Assembly: GCA_963768855.1 (NCBI GenBank)
Contig: CAVYJM010000006.1
Span: 544,001-608,000, forward strand
Length of the DNA stretch: 64,000 nucleotides
Source of the DNA: an uncultured Thermoplasmata archaeon
GTDB taxonomy: Archaea; Thermoplasmatota; Thermoplasmata; RBG-16-68-12
Direction: 5' to 3'
Within the stretch, counting starts at the first letter, position 1, and every line of letters starts with the position of its first letter. The notes below the pieces were generated by a model, which searched no databases, was not told the origin of the DNA, and was given only the letters and a program-made list of their open reading frames with translations. A program made the position numbers and the translations under genes. Shown in pieces: positions 38,235 to 48,604 of this stretch.

Positions 38235-38300
38235 ACACCGGGAACCGAAGGGACTCCCCTGTGCGCGACAGAGGATTCGCGACCCTTCGGTCGAAAGACT

Positions 38301-38308
38301 CATATATC
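38301..38308 (+). promoter_or_regulatory. Putative BRE/TATA of the 16S rRNA transcription unit
   Basis: GAAAG...CATATATC about 280 nt upstream of the 16S 5' end. Confidence 0.4.
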
Positions 38309-38535
38309 ACTCGTCTCTATCTGATGGAGGCTCGATAAGGCGACGTGAGGTCAGCAACGACTGAAGGCCGCCCGAGCTCGTGAGGCCGCCTTCGGCGAAG
38401 GCCCCGATCCGTGACGGGCCTGTTCTGATGCGGCCGACATCGTGGAGGTTTGAGAACCCCGCGCGATGCGTTCGCGCGTGCCCTCTCATTCCCGACGCTC
38501 GCAATCGAAAGGCAGAGGTGCATATCTGCTATCTC

Positions 38536-40073
<1,538 letters not shown>

Positions 40074-40119
40074 AAGGTAGAAGTGGGCCTCGGCCCTCGA
40101 TTGCGAGCGTCTAATCCAC

Positions 40120-40177
40120 CCCTTTCTTTTGGGTCATTGGGAGCGACCGCTCCGTCCGCAACTCATCTGGACGGAGC
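40120..40177 (+). terminator. Candidate terminator region after 16S
   Basis: Pyrimidine tract CCCCTTTCTTTT and 9-bp hairpin GCTCCGTCC/GGACGGAGC (40149-40177). Confidence 0.4.
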
Positions 40178-40214
40178 AATCCCGTTTGGCGCCCGTCTCC
40201 CGAGAGTCCGCCTC

Positions 40215-41018
40215 TCAGGACATCCCCTGGACGAGCGAGTACCGGTTGTCGCTCGGGTCGAGGAACTCCGCCTCGATCCCGCCCCAGGCTGCCTTCTCCG
40301 CCCGCTGGGAGAAGCGGACGCCCCGGGCCAGGAGCGCGTCTTGGAGCCGGTGGATGTCGCGGGTCGAGAAGATCACGGACGTGCTCTCGCCGATGTGGGA
40401 CAGGTCGTCCGCGTAGTCCTTCGGGTCGTCGTACATCTCTTTGTTCGGGGTGAAGGGCATGAGGGACGTGCCGCGGGGACTCAGGCTGTAGAAGCGCATC
40501 CCCTCGTCACCGCGTCCCCCTTTCATGCCCAGGGACTTCGTGAAGAACTCGCCCGTGCGGGCGGCGTCGCGACTCGCGACCGTCACCCACTGCAGGGAGA
40601 GCAGGCCCGCCCTCCGGACCTTGGGCTTGGGGGGTTCAAGCACGAAGATCGAATTCCCGTCCGGGTCGTAGACCGTGGCGATCTGGGCTCTCCCCGCCGG
40701 TCCGGGACCTTCCACCTTCACCTTCTTCCGCCGGAAGGCCTCGATCGTCGACTCGAGGTTCGTGGTCAGGAACCCGATCCCGGTCACGATGCCGATCGAC
40801 TTCTCGGCCTCGTCGTAGGCGTCGTCCCACATCTCGCGGGTCGGCTTCCAGAGGTTCAGGCTCGCGTCGGCCCCGCCCTTCGTGGCGCCGACCTCCAGGT
40901 ACTGCCATTTCGGGATCGAGCTGCGGACCTTGAGCCCGAGCTTCCTCGTGTAGAACTCCTTCGCCTTCTTCTGGTTTCGGACGAACACGCCGACATTGCT
41001 GAGTGAATCGATCTTCAC
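40215..41018 (-). CDS. Tandem VOC/glyoxalase/bleomycin-resistance-like protein
   Basis: Two VOC units: AKEFYTRKLGL...YDPDGN and TGEFFTKSLGM...WGGIEAEFLDPSDN. Confidence 0.85.
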   Translation of the reverse strand: MKIDSLSNVGVFVRNQKKAKEFYTRKLGLKVRSSIPKWQYLEVGATKGGADASLNLWKPTREMWDDAYDEAEKSIGIVTGIGFLTTNLESTIEAFRRKKVKVEGPGPAGRAQIATVYDPDGNSIFVLEPPKPKVRRAGLLSLQWVTVASRDAARTGEFFTKSLGMKGGRGDEGMRFYSLSPRGTSLMPFTPNKEMYDDPKDYADDLSHIGESTSVIFSTRDIHRLQDALLARGVRFSQRAEKAAWGGIEAEFLDPSDNRYSLVQGMS

Positions 41019-41133
41019 GATGGAGAGTCTTCCCCCTCGCGCGGCGACCAGAGGAGACCCAGGCGGATAAACTTCGCGACCCCGGATCCCCGCAAAGGCC
41101 TAAGACCCCGCTGGGCGTTCGAGCCGCGTCCCG

Positions 41134-43755
41134 ATGGTCTCTCCGGCTCCGTCCGCAGTCGCCTGGCATGCCCGTTCGGCTCCGGATGCGGTGACCTCGC
41201 TCCAGGGAGACGCGTCCGCGGGTCTCTCCGAGTCGGACGCCGGCTCGCGCCTCGACCGGTACGGCCCGAATCGGCTCCGCCCGGTCGAGCACGAATCCTT
41301 CTGGGCGGAGTATCTCGAGGAGCTGACGGAGCCGATGATCCTGCTCCTCCTGGTGACGGGCGTCCTCTACTCGATCCTCGGCACCCTGGCCGACGCGGTC
41401 ACGATCTTCGCGATCATCTTCACCCTCGTGGCCCTCGAGGTCGTCAACGAGCAGCGTGCGGGCAAGGCCATCGACGCGCTCCGCGAGCTCGCCGAGCCGA
41501 CCGCGGCGGTGGTCCGGGACGGCCGACGACAGGAAGTGCCCGCGGAGCGCCTGGTCCCCGGGGACCTCCTCGTGCTCGAGGCCGGACGCCGGGTGCCTGC
41601 GGACGCGCGGCTCGTCGAGTCGAACCGCCTCGGGGCGTCCGAGGCCTCCCTCACCGGGGAATCCGTCCCCGTGGACAAGGACGCGGGAATCGTGCTGCCC
41701 GCCGATGCGCCGCTCGCCGAACGCCGCAACCTCGTGTTCGCGGGAACCACCGTCGTCCGCGGGCGGGGCACCGCGGTAATCGTCGCGACGGGGATGGGCA
41801 CGGAGCTCGGCCGGATCGCGAAGCTCGCTCAGGAGGTCGAGGAGCCCAAGACCCCGCTCCAGGTCGCGATGGCGGACCTCACGAAGTACCTCGTCTTCGT
41901 TGCCGTGGGCTTCAGCGTCCTGGTCCCCGTCCTGGGCTGGCTCCTCGCCGGCGAGGACCCGAGGACGATGGTCCTCACCGGCCTCTCCCTCGCGTTCGTC
42001 ACGATCCCCGAGGAGTTGCCCATCCTCATCACGATGGTCCTCGCCCTCGGCGCCTTCCGCCTCTCCCGCCGCCACGCGATCGCGAAACGCCTGCGCGCGG
42101 TCGAGACCCTCGGCGGCGTCACGGTCATCGCGACGGACAAGACCGGGACGCTCACGGAAAACCGCATGGAAGTCAGCCGGTTCTTCCCCGAGCAGGCGAA
42201 GCGCTTGCTCCTCGAGGCGGGCGTGCTCTGCAACGATGCCGTCCTCGACGGCAGCGCGGGCCTGGGGGACCCGCTCGAGGTCGCCCTGATCCGCGCCGCG
42301 GCCTCCGACGGGTTGGATGCGGCGGTCTTTCGCAAGGCCCACCCGATCCATGATGAGTACTCGTTCGACAACGAGCGCAAGCGGATGTCCGTGGTCGTGT
42401 CCGAGGACCGCGGCCTCCGGGTCGTCGTGAAGGGAGCCCCCGAATCGCTCCTCGCGGCGTGCTCCCGTCGCTGGACCGCGGACGGGGCCCGGCCGCTGAC
42501 CGATGCGGACCGCCTCCTCATCCTGACGTCGGCCGCATCCCTTGCGGGATCGGGGCAACGGGTGCTCGGTTTCGGAGAGAAACGCGTCCCGGTCGGTCCG
42601 ATTGCGGAGGCCCAGGTGGAGTCCGACCTCACGTTCCTGGGGCTCATCGGGCTCGCCGATCCGCCGCGGCCCGAAGCGCGCTCCTCCATCGAGGCGTGCC
42701 GTGCGGCCGGCGTGCGTCCGATCATGGTCACGGGGGACCACCCGCTCACCGCCCAGGCAATCGCCGCCCAGATCGGGCTCGCGGGGGACCGCGTCGTCAC
42801 CGGCTCCGAGCTGGACGGCCTGTCGGACCCGCAGCTGCAGGAGACCGTTCGCGAGGTCTCGATCTACGCGCGCACGACGCCGGAGCACAAATTGCGGATC
42901 GTGAAGGCCCTTCATGCGGGCGGCGAGCGCGTCGCGGTCACCGGGGATGGGATCAACGACGCGCCCGCCCTGGCGGCCGCGGACATCGGGGTGGCGATGG
43001 GGGAGACCGGGACCGACGTCGCCCGGGAGGCCGCCGACCTCGTGCTCGCCGACGACAACTTCGCGACGATCGTCCAGGCGGTCCGGGAGGGCCGCATCCT
43101 CTTCGCGAACCTGCGGAAGGCGGTCCGCTACTACCTCGCCTGCAAGGTCGCGGTCGTCGCGATCACGCTCCTCCCCGTCCTCCTGCGCGTCCCGATCCCC
43201 TTCGCCCCCATCCAGCTCATCGTGCTCGAGCTGTTCATGGACCTCGCGGCCTCCGCGACCTTCGTGGCCGAGCCGCCGGAACGGGATCTCATGCACCATC
43301 CGCCGCGCGACCCGCACGTCCGGTTCATGGATCGGTCGATGGTCCTCAGCATCTTCGCCTCTGCCACCGGACTCTTCCTCGCCGTCTCGCTCGCCTACCT
43401 CCTGACGTACTACGCTGGCGCGCCCCTGGGCGTGGCCCAGACGACTGCGTTCGTCACGTGGCTCATGGGCCACGTGTTCCTCGCCCTGAACCTGCGGTCC
43501 GAGCGGGAGCCGCTGCTCCGGATCGGCGTGTTCTCGAACCGCCTCATGGTCCTATGGGGCGCGGCCGCGATCCTGTTCGCGGTCTTCGCGTCCCTGACCC
43601 CGGGGGTCCAAGAGGTGTTGCGGACCACCGCCCTGGGCCCGGTCCAGTGGGCCCTCGCGTTGGCCCTCGCACTCCTTGGGACTTTCTGGATCGAGGTCCG
43701 CAAGTGGCTCGTGGCGCCCCACGCCGGTATCGCCGCGGAAGTGCGGGCGACCTAA
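41134..43755 (+). CDS. P-type cation-transporting ATPase, P2-like
   Basis: LTGES, IPEELP, DKTGT, KGAPE, DPPRPE, MVTGD, TGDGINDAPAL; about 10 TM helices. Confidence 0.93.
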   Translation: MVSPAPSAVAWHARSAPDAVTSLQGDASAGLSESDAGSRLDRYGPNRLRPVEHESFWAEYLEELTEPMILLLLVTGVLYSILGTLADAVTIFAIIFTLVALEVVNEQRAGKAIDALRELAEPTAAVVRDGRRQEVPAERLVPGDLLVLEAGRRVPADARLVESNRLGASEASLTGESVPVDKDAGIVLPADAPLAERRNLVFAGTTVVRGRGTAVIVATGMGTELGRIAKLAQEVEEPKTPLQVAMADLTKYLVFVAVGFSVLVPVLGWLLAGEDPRTMVLTGLSLAFVTIPEELPILITMVLALGAFRLSRRHAIAKRLRAVETLGGVTVIATDKTGTLTENRMEVSRFFPEQAKRLLLEAGVLCNDAVLDGSAGLGDPLEVALIRAAASDGLDAAVFRKAHPIHDEYSFDNERKRMSVVVSEDRGLRVVVKGAPESLLAACSRRWTADGARPLTDADRLLILTSAASLAGSGQRVLGFGEKRVPVGPIAEAQVESDLTFLGLIGLADPPRPEARSSIEACRAAGVRPIMVTGDHPLTAQAIAAQIGLAGDRVVTGSELDGLSDPQLQETVREVSIYARTTPEHKLRIVKALHAGGERVAVTGDGINDAPALAAADIGVAMGETGTDVAREAADLVLADDNFATIVQAVREGRILFANLRKAVRYYLACKVAVVAITLLPVLLRVPIPFAPIQLIVLELFMDLAASATFVAEPPERDLMHHPPRDPHVRFMDRSMVLSIFASATGLFLAVSLAYLLTYYAGAPLGVAQTTAFVTWLMGHVFLALNLRSEREPLLRIGVFSNRLMVLWGAAAILFAVFASLTPGVQEVLRTTALGPVQWALALALALLGTFWIEVRKWLVAPHAGIAAEVRAT

Positions 43756-43833
43756 CGCTCAGCCTTTTAGTCCTCGTCCGGCTACGCCAGAGGAACCCGC
43801 TATCTCCCAGCCGCATCCCTCCGAGGCCTGAGT

Positions 43834-45171
43834 ATGTTCCTGCAAGACTGGTGGTATACCACGATGATGGGCACGCCGCTGGCGCTCGAGCCCCCGCTCA
43901 AGGGTGACGTGAAGACGGATGTGCTCATCGTCGGCGCGGGCGCCGCGGGTCTCGCGGCTGCACTCCAGCTCATGGATAAAGGCCTCGATGTCACGGTCAT
44001 CGACAAGAACATCTGCGGCGGGAGCTCGACCGGGAAGAGCGCAGGGTTCCTGACGCCGGACAGCGAACTCGAGCTCTCCCAGATCCTCCGCCGGTACGGC
44101 CGCCAGGGGGCGAAGGACCTGTGGGAGTGCGCTCAGTGGGGATGCGACCGGATCGCCTCGGTCATCCAGGAGCACGGGATCGACGCGGACCTCCAGCGCC
44201 AGGACTGCCTCTTCCTTGGGGAGGGCCGCGGCGGACCCAAGGAGATCCGCGACGAGCTCGCGGCTCGGCGGTCCATGGGCTATGAGGTCCAGGGGTATTC
44301 GGCGTCGGAGCTGCCTTCGGTCGTGGGCGCCTCCGGGTTCACCGGGGCCGTGCGCTACAAGAACACGACCGGTGTGAACGCCCTCCGGTACGCGCAGGGC
44401 GTGAAGAAGATCCTCGTGGACCACGGCGTCCACGTGTACGAGTCCACGGAGGCGATCGGGCTCAAGGATCACCGGGTCGCGACCCACCTGGGAAGCGTGA
44501 CCGCGGACAACATCCTCTTCTGCGCGGACAAGCTGAACCGCAACCTGACGGAGCACTTCTGGAACTACTACTACGCGCAGACGTTCCTGTCGATCAGCGA
44601 GCCGCTCCAGCCCCACGAGGTGAAGGCGATGTTCCCCGTGGAACCGTTCATGTGCTGGGACTCCCACTTCATCTACGCGTACTGGCGGTTGACGGGGGAC
44701 AACCGCATCCTCCTCGGCGGCGGTAGCCTCTGGGCTACGTACGCGCGGAACGACACGTGGGCGGACCGCATCATCGACCGCGTCATCCGCCGCTTCCGGA
44801 GCCACTGGCCTTCGGTTTCCCACGTGCACTTCCGTCAGTTCTGGATGGGCCGCATCGACATGACGCGGGACCTCATGCCGACCGTCCTCCGCGAGCCGAA
44901 GACGCCCTGGGTTCACTACGTGCTCGGCTGTGTCGGCCTCCCGTGGGCGACGTTCTGCGGCGACTTCGTCGCGCGCCACGTCCTGAGCGAGGAGCAGCAG
45001 GACGACCAGCGCTTCTACCGCTACTTCAGCATCGACCGTGGCTTCGCGATCCCGCTCTGGGCGGAGAAGATCCTCGGGAAACGCATCTCGTACGTTGCGA
45101 ACCAGGCGTACGCGAAGTATCGGCAGGTGGACCAAGACAAGCCCACAGAAGAACGAACGGGCGAGTTCTGA
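43834..45171 (+). CDS. FAD-dependent oxidoreductase (DadA/PuuB-like)
   Basis: DVLIVGAGAAG, GSSTGKSAG, YWRLTGDNRILLGG, FWMGRIDMT. Confidence 0.85.
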   Translation: MFLQDWWYTTMMGTPLALEPPLKGDVKTDVLIVGAGAAGLAAALQLMDKGLDVTVIDKNICGGSSTGKSAGFLTPDSELELSQILRRYGRQGAKDLWECAQWGCDRIASVIQEHGIDADLQRQDCLFLGEGRGGPKEIRDELAARRSMGYEVQGYSASELPSVVGASGFTGAVRYKNTTGVNALRYAQGVKKILVDHGVHVYESTEAIGLKDHRVATHLGSVTADNILFCADKLNRNLTEHFWNYYYAQTFLSISEPLQPHEVKAMFPVEPFMCWDSHFIYAYWRLTGDNRILLGGGSLWATYARNDTWADRIIDRVIRRFRSHWPSVSHVHFRQFWMGRIDMTRDLMPTVLREPKTPWVHYVLGCVGLPWATFCGDFVARHVLSEEQQDDQRFYRYFSIDRGFAIPLWAEKILGKRISYVANQAYAKYRQVDQDKPTEERTGEF

Positions 45172-45230
45172 TTTCGGGCCAGGGTCGGAAGCTATTTAAG
45201 AGGCCCTTGGTTACGGCGGCGCGTCATCCC

Positions 45231-45338
45231 ATGAAACGCAGCTCGCGCGCATGGAAGAAGCGCGGCAAGATGCGCTGGAAGTGGCGCAAGAAGCGAATGC
45301 GCCGCCGCAAGCGCGAGCAGAAGATGCGTCAGCGCTGA
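45231..45338 (+). CDS. rpl41e: Ribosomal protein eL41
   Basis: MKRSSRAWKKRGKMRWKWRKKRMRRRKREQKMRQR matches the archaeal L41e pattern; TATTTAAG at 45193-45200. Confidence 0.9.
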   Translation: MKRSSRAWKKRGKMRWKWRKKRMRRRKREQKMRQR

Positions 45339-45457
45339 GGCGTTTCCTGGGCCTTCTCGGCCATCGGGTCCTTCCTGTCCAGCGGAGCGGTTGGCGTCTC
45401 TTGTACGCAAAGATAGATGTAGGGCGGGAAACTTCCGCGGCCCTGCATCGAACCCAT

Positions 45458-45634
45458 GGGGACGTAGTTTAGCCTGGTAGAATTACGGGCTCCAGTCATG
45501 GGCGTGATTGCGAACGGGTTTGCTGATCCGGTGATGACTGACTGGAGCGCGGACCCATGATTCGCAGAACGGGCGTGGGTCGCTCCCCGCCCGGGAGAAA
45601 CCCGTCGATCAGGGTTCAAATCCCTGCGTCCCCA
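45458..45634 (+). tRNA. tRNA-Trp(CCA) with a 104-nt intron at 37/38
   Basis: GGGGACG/CGTCCCC acceptor stem; anticodon CCA 45492-45494; canonical bulge-helix-bulge (CTCC/GGAG helix, AGT and AAA bulges); GGTTCAAATCC T-loop. Confidence 0.95.
45496..45599 (+). ncRNA. Intron-encoded box C/D guide RNA (predicted Cm34 and Cm39 of tRNA-Trp)
   Basis: TCATGGG/CCCATGA terminal stem; C GTGATTG, D' CTGA, C' GTGATGA, D-like CGGA; guides ACGGGTTT and TGACTGGAGC complementary to the exon junctions, with the +5 rule landing on C39 and C34. Confidence 0.85.
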
Positions 45635-45883
45635 CTTTTCCCACGTGCGGTCCCGCTGGCCTCGAGCCAGATCGCTGGAGGATCTGCGTCAAGTCCTCGA
45701 ACGCGCCGGCGGATGCCTGCGTTCCGGGTTTGGCGCAAGGACGGGCGTTGCCACCACTCCAATCGTTGAATCGCCGCCCGGCCCGCTCAGGAAGCCGTAC
45801 GGTTGCCGATGGAGTGCGGCACCTGAGGCCGCCGGGAAATTCACCCTCGTTCCAAGGTGAGCCAGGGTCCGGGAGGACGGCGA

Positions 45884-46945
45884 CTACCTTGCCGGTGCGA
45901 CTGCCTGGAGCTGCTCGGCGACTCCCTTGGCCACGCGGATTGCAGCCTCGTAGTCGCCCGCCTCGATTGCGTCGCGCGCGGACTTGACCGTCTTCCGAAT
46001 GTCGTTCACCTTCCAGCCGGCATCGCGGGCACGCTTCCACGCCTCGATCGCCCGCGACAGTCGCTCCGTGGCCTCCGCCTTGGTCGCGCCGGGTTTGGTC
46101 TCCTTCTCCTCGGAAACCTCCTCTTGGACGGGGACCACGATGGGCGCCGCGGCCGGTTCGGGCTCCGGCGTGGCCTCGGGCACCGGTGGGGGCGTTACGG
46201 GCTCCGGGTTTGCCGGAGGCGGGGTCCGCGGGACGGGAGCCTCTTCTTCCTTGGGCACGTCCTCCGCGATCTGGAGGGCCGTGGAGAGGTATTTCTCGAC
46301 CTCTCGGAGGCTCTTCTCCTTCGTCGCGAGCGCCTCGTGCTCGGCGAGCAAGCGGTTCACTTCCGCCTTGAACGAGTCCTTGAGGGCGGCCAGGGATTCA
46401 TGTTGCTGGGCGAGCTCGCTCTGCCGCGCGTGCATCGCCTCACCGATGGTCTGGAGCTCCTTGCCGCGAGAATCGAACGCCTCGAGCCAGTCCGTCTGCA
46501 ACCGGATGAGCTCCTGCTGACGCTCGAGGAGGTTGTGAAGCTTCGACTCGGATTCCGTCATCTGTCCCGCGAGCGCGTGCTCGAGCCGCTCGACCCGCTC
46601 CTCCTCGGTGCGGACCGTCCTCTCGCGCTCATCGAGCGCGTTCAGCTGACCCCGCAGCTGTTCGGTATCCTTCGCCAGGCTTTCCCGACCGTCGGTGATC
46701 GCAGCGAGGTCTCTCTCGAGCGATGCGCGAACGTCTTGGAGGCTCTCCTTCTCCCGCTGAACAGCCTCCTGGTCTCCCGCGAGCTTGGCCGCTCGACCCT
46801 CCAGCTCCGCGCGCTGCACGTCGAGCTGCACTTTGATGCCATCGAGTTCTTTGGCGCGGGCTTCCAGGGCGGATTGTCTCTCCTTGAGCTTCGAGGCGGA
46901 GGCTTTCACGGCGTCGATGAGGGGAGGGGGTGTGTCGCTCGACAT
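45884..46945 (-). CDS. Long coiled-coil protein, paralog A (353 aa)
   Basis: Continuous heptad E/K/R/L/Q-rich region, Pro-rich linker and a C-terminal helical domain ending in AGDY.AA; TTAAATA TATA at 46994-47000. Confidence 0.85.
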   Translation of the reverse strand: MSSDTPPPLIDAVKASASKLKERQSALEARAKELDGIKVQLDVQRAELEGRAAKLAGDQEAVQREKESLQDVRASLERDLAAITDGRESLAKDTEQLRGQLNALDERERTVRTEEERVERLEHALAGQMTESESKLHNLLERQQELIRLQTDWLEAFDSRGKELQTIGEAMHARQSELAQQHESLAALKDSFKAEVNRLLAEHEALATKEKSLREVEKYLSTALQIAEDVPKEEEAPVPRTPPPANPEPVTPPPVPEATPEPEPAAAPIVVPVQEEVSEEKETKPGATKAEATERLSRAIEAWKRARDAGWKVNDIRKTVKSARDAIEAGDYEAAIRVAKGVAEQLQAVAPAR

Positions 46946-47183
46946 CGCAGGTCACTGTCGCTGGGTCGCGGCTTCCACACGTTGGAGCACGGCTATTTAA
47001 CGGGTCGGCCCAGGGAATCGGGAGCGAGAAGAACCGGGGTCGAGTCCCGCCGGCGGAACCCGCGTCCGTACGCCGTTTCCTGGCTCCGTCTTCCCTGACC
47101 GTGGCCGTGGGAGAGGAGCGTCCGGCGGGGGACGTGTGTGGCCTCGCGCCTGGCGACCGTCCTTCCTGCGAATCCGGCGGGGC

Positions 47184-48494
47184 CTATCGCCTCTGCCGGG
47201 CGCGCCTCGAGGTTAGGATCCACGAGGACCCCAGCCCAAGCCCGACGATTGCGAGGCTCGCGACGAGCAGCGTGCCGATGAACGGGAGCAGGGCGACGGA
47301 GACCGCCAGGGAGACCCAGGGCAGCACGCGCCGGGGACCTTTCTCCTTGAGCAAGCGGATGCCCGCGGCGGACCCGATGATGTACGCAAGGATCGCCGCG
47401 CCGCTGGTCATGAGGAACGCGGACTGGATGTCCACGTCCAGCACGTAGAAGGCGGTCAGGCTCAGGAGGACGAGCGTGATCAGGAAGAGCAGGGAGCCAC
47501 GGGGCGCCCCCGTTTCAGGGTGCAAGCGGGCGAGCGCGCTGGGGAAGACCCCGTCGCGCGCCGCCGCGAAGACGACTCGTGCCATCCCCGCCGTGTACGC
47601 GTTGACCGTGCCGAACGTGACGAACACCGCAAGGAGCGCCACGACCGTCCCACCATACGTCCCGAAGGCGTTCGCCATCATCTCCGCGAACGGCGTCACG
47701 CCGCCGCCGAACGTGTAGGCGCCCGTCCCGACGGTCACGAGCGCCACGGCGAGGTACAGGGTGCTGATGAGGGCCACGCTGATCACGACGCTCCGGTCGA
47801 AGTCCCGTTTCGGGTCCTTGAACTCCTCCGCGACATTCGACGTGTTCTCGTACCCGAGATAGGACCAGACGATCAGCGCGGCGGCGACCCCGATGGAGCT
47901 GGGCCCGCTCGGGAGGAAGGGCTCGAAGTTGGAGGGCGTGATCCTCGGCGCGGAGACCGCTACGGTCAGGACGAGGGCCCCGATGATCGCGGCGACCGTG
48001 ACGATCTGGATCCGCGCGCTGAACCGGATGCCGAGATAGTTGACCAGGAAGCCCGAGACGAGAAGGGCTCCCGCCACCAGGAAGATGTCCAGACGGGAGA
48101 GGGATGGGAAGGCGAACGCGACGTACGACGCCGCCGCGACGGTCGCCGCCGGCGCCCCCAAGACGTCCCAGGCCACGAAGAGCCAGGCAACCGCCGTGCT
48201 CACCCTCAGCCCGTACCCCTCGCGCGCGAAGGCGTAGATCCCGCCCGACTCCGGTTTCCGGGCGGACAGCTTCGCGAACGTGTACGCGAACGGATAGCTC
48301 GCGAGCGAGAGGAGGATCCAAGCGATGAGGGATGCGGGACCCGCGGCGCGGGCGGCGAGGCCGGGGATGATCAGGATCCCGGCACCCAGGACCGAGCTGA
48401 CGTAGATGGCCACGGCATGGGGGAGCGTGATCACCCGCCGGAGAGCCGGGCGGCTGCCCGCATCTTCGAGGGCGCTCACAGTCTGCGTCCCCAC
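47184..48494 (-). CDS. APC-family amino acid permease (YjeH-like)
   Basis: SVLGAGILIIPGLAA, PESGGIY, WSYLGYE, AEEFKDPKRD, AARDGVFP; about 12 TM helices. Confidence 0.9.
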   Translation of the reverse strand: MGTQTVSALEDAGSRPALRRVITLPHAVAIYVSSVLGAGILIIPGLAARAAGPASLIAWILLSLASYPFAYTFAKLSARKPESGGIYAFAREGYGLRVSTAVAWLFVAWDVLGAPAATVAAASYVAFAFPSLSRLDIFLVAGALLVSGFLVNYLGIRFSARIQIVTVAAIIGALVLTVAVSAPRITPSNFEPFLPSGPSSIGVAAALIVWSYLGYENTSNVAEEFKDPKRDFDRSVVISVALISTLYLAVALVTVGTGAYTFGGGVTPFAEMMANAFGTYGGTVVALLAVFVTFGTVNAYTAGMARVVFAAARDGVFPSALARLHPETGAPRGSLLFLITLVLLSLTAFYVLDVDIQSAFLMTSGAAILAYIIGSAAGIRLLKEKGPRRVLPWVSLAVSVALLPFIGTLLVASLAIVGLGLGSSWILTSRRARQRR

Positions 48495-48604
48495 CGCGTG
48501 ACTTCCTCCTTTGAGGGCCGCTTCTGCCCCACCGGGCGCTACGCGTTCGACCGCATAAGGCGATTGCCTTCAGACGACGGCCGGGGTGTTCGCACGGGAT
48601 TCCG

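Noticed and set aside
46946-47183. Possible SRP or other ncRNA in the GC-rich spacer
   Set aside because: No SRP helix-8 motif or other recognisable consensus; GC-rich stems are expected by chance.
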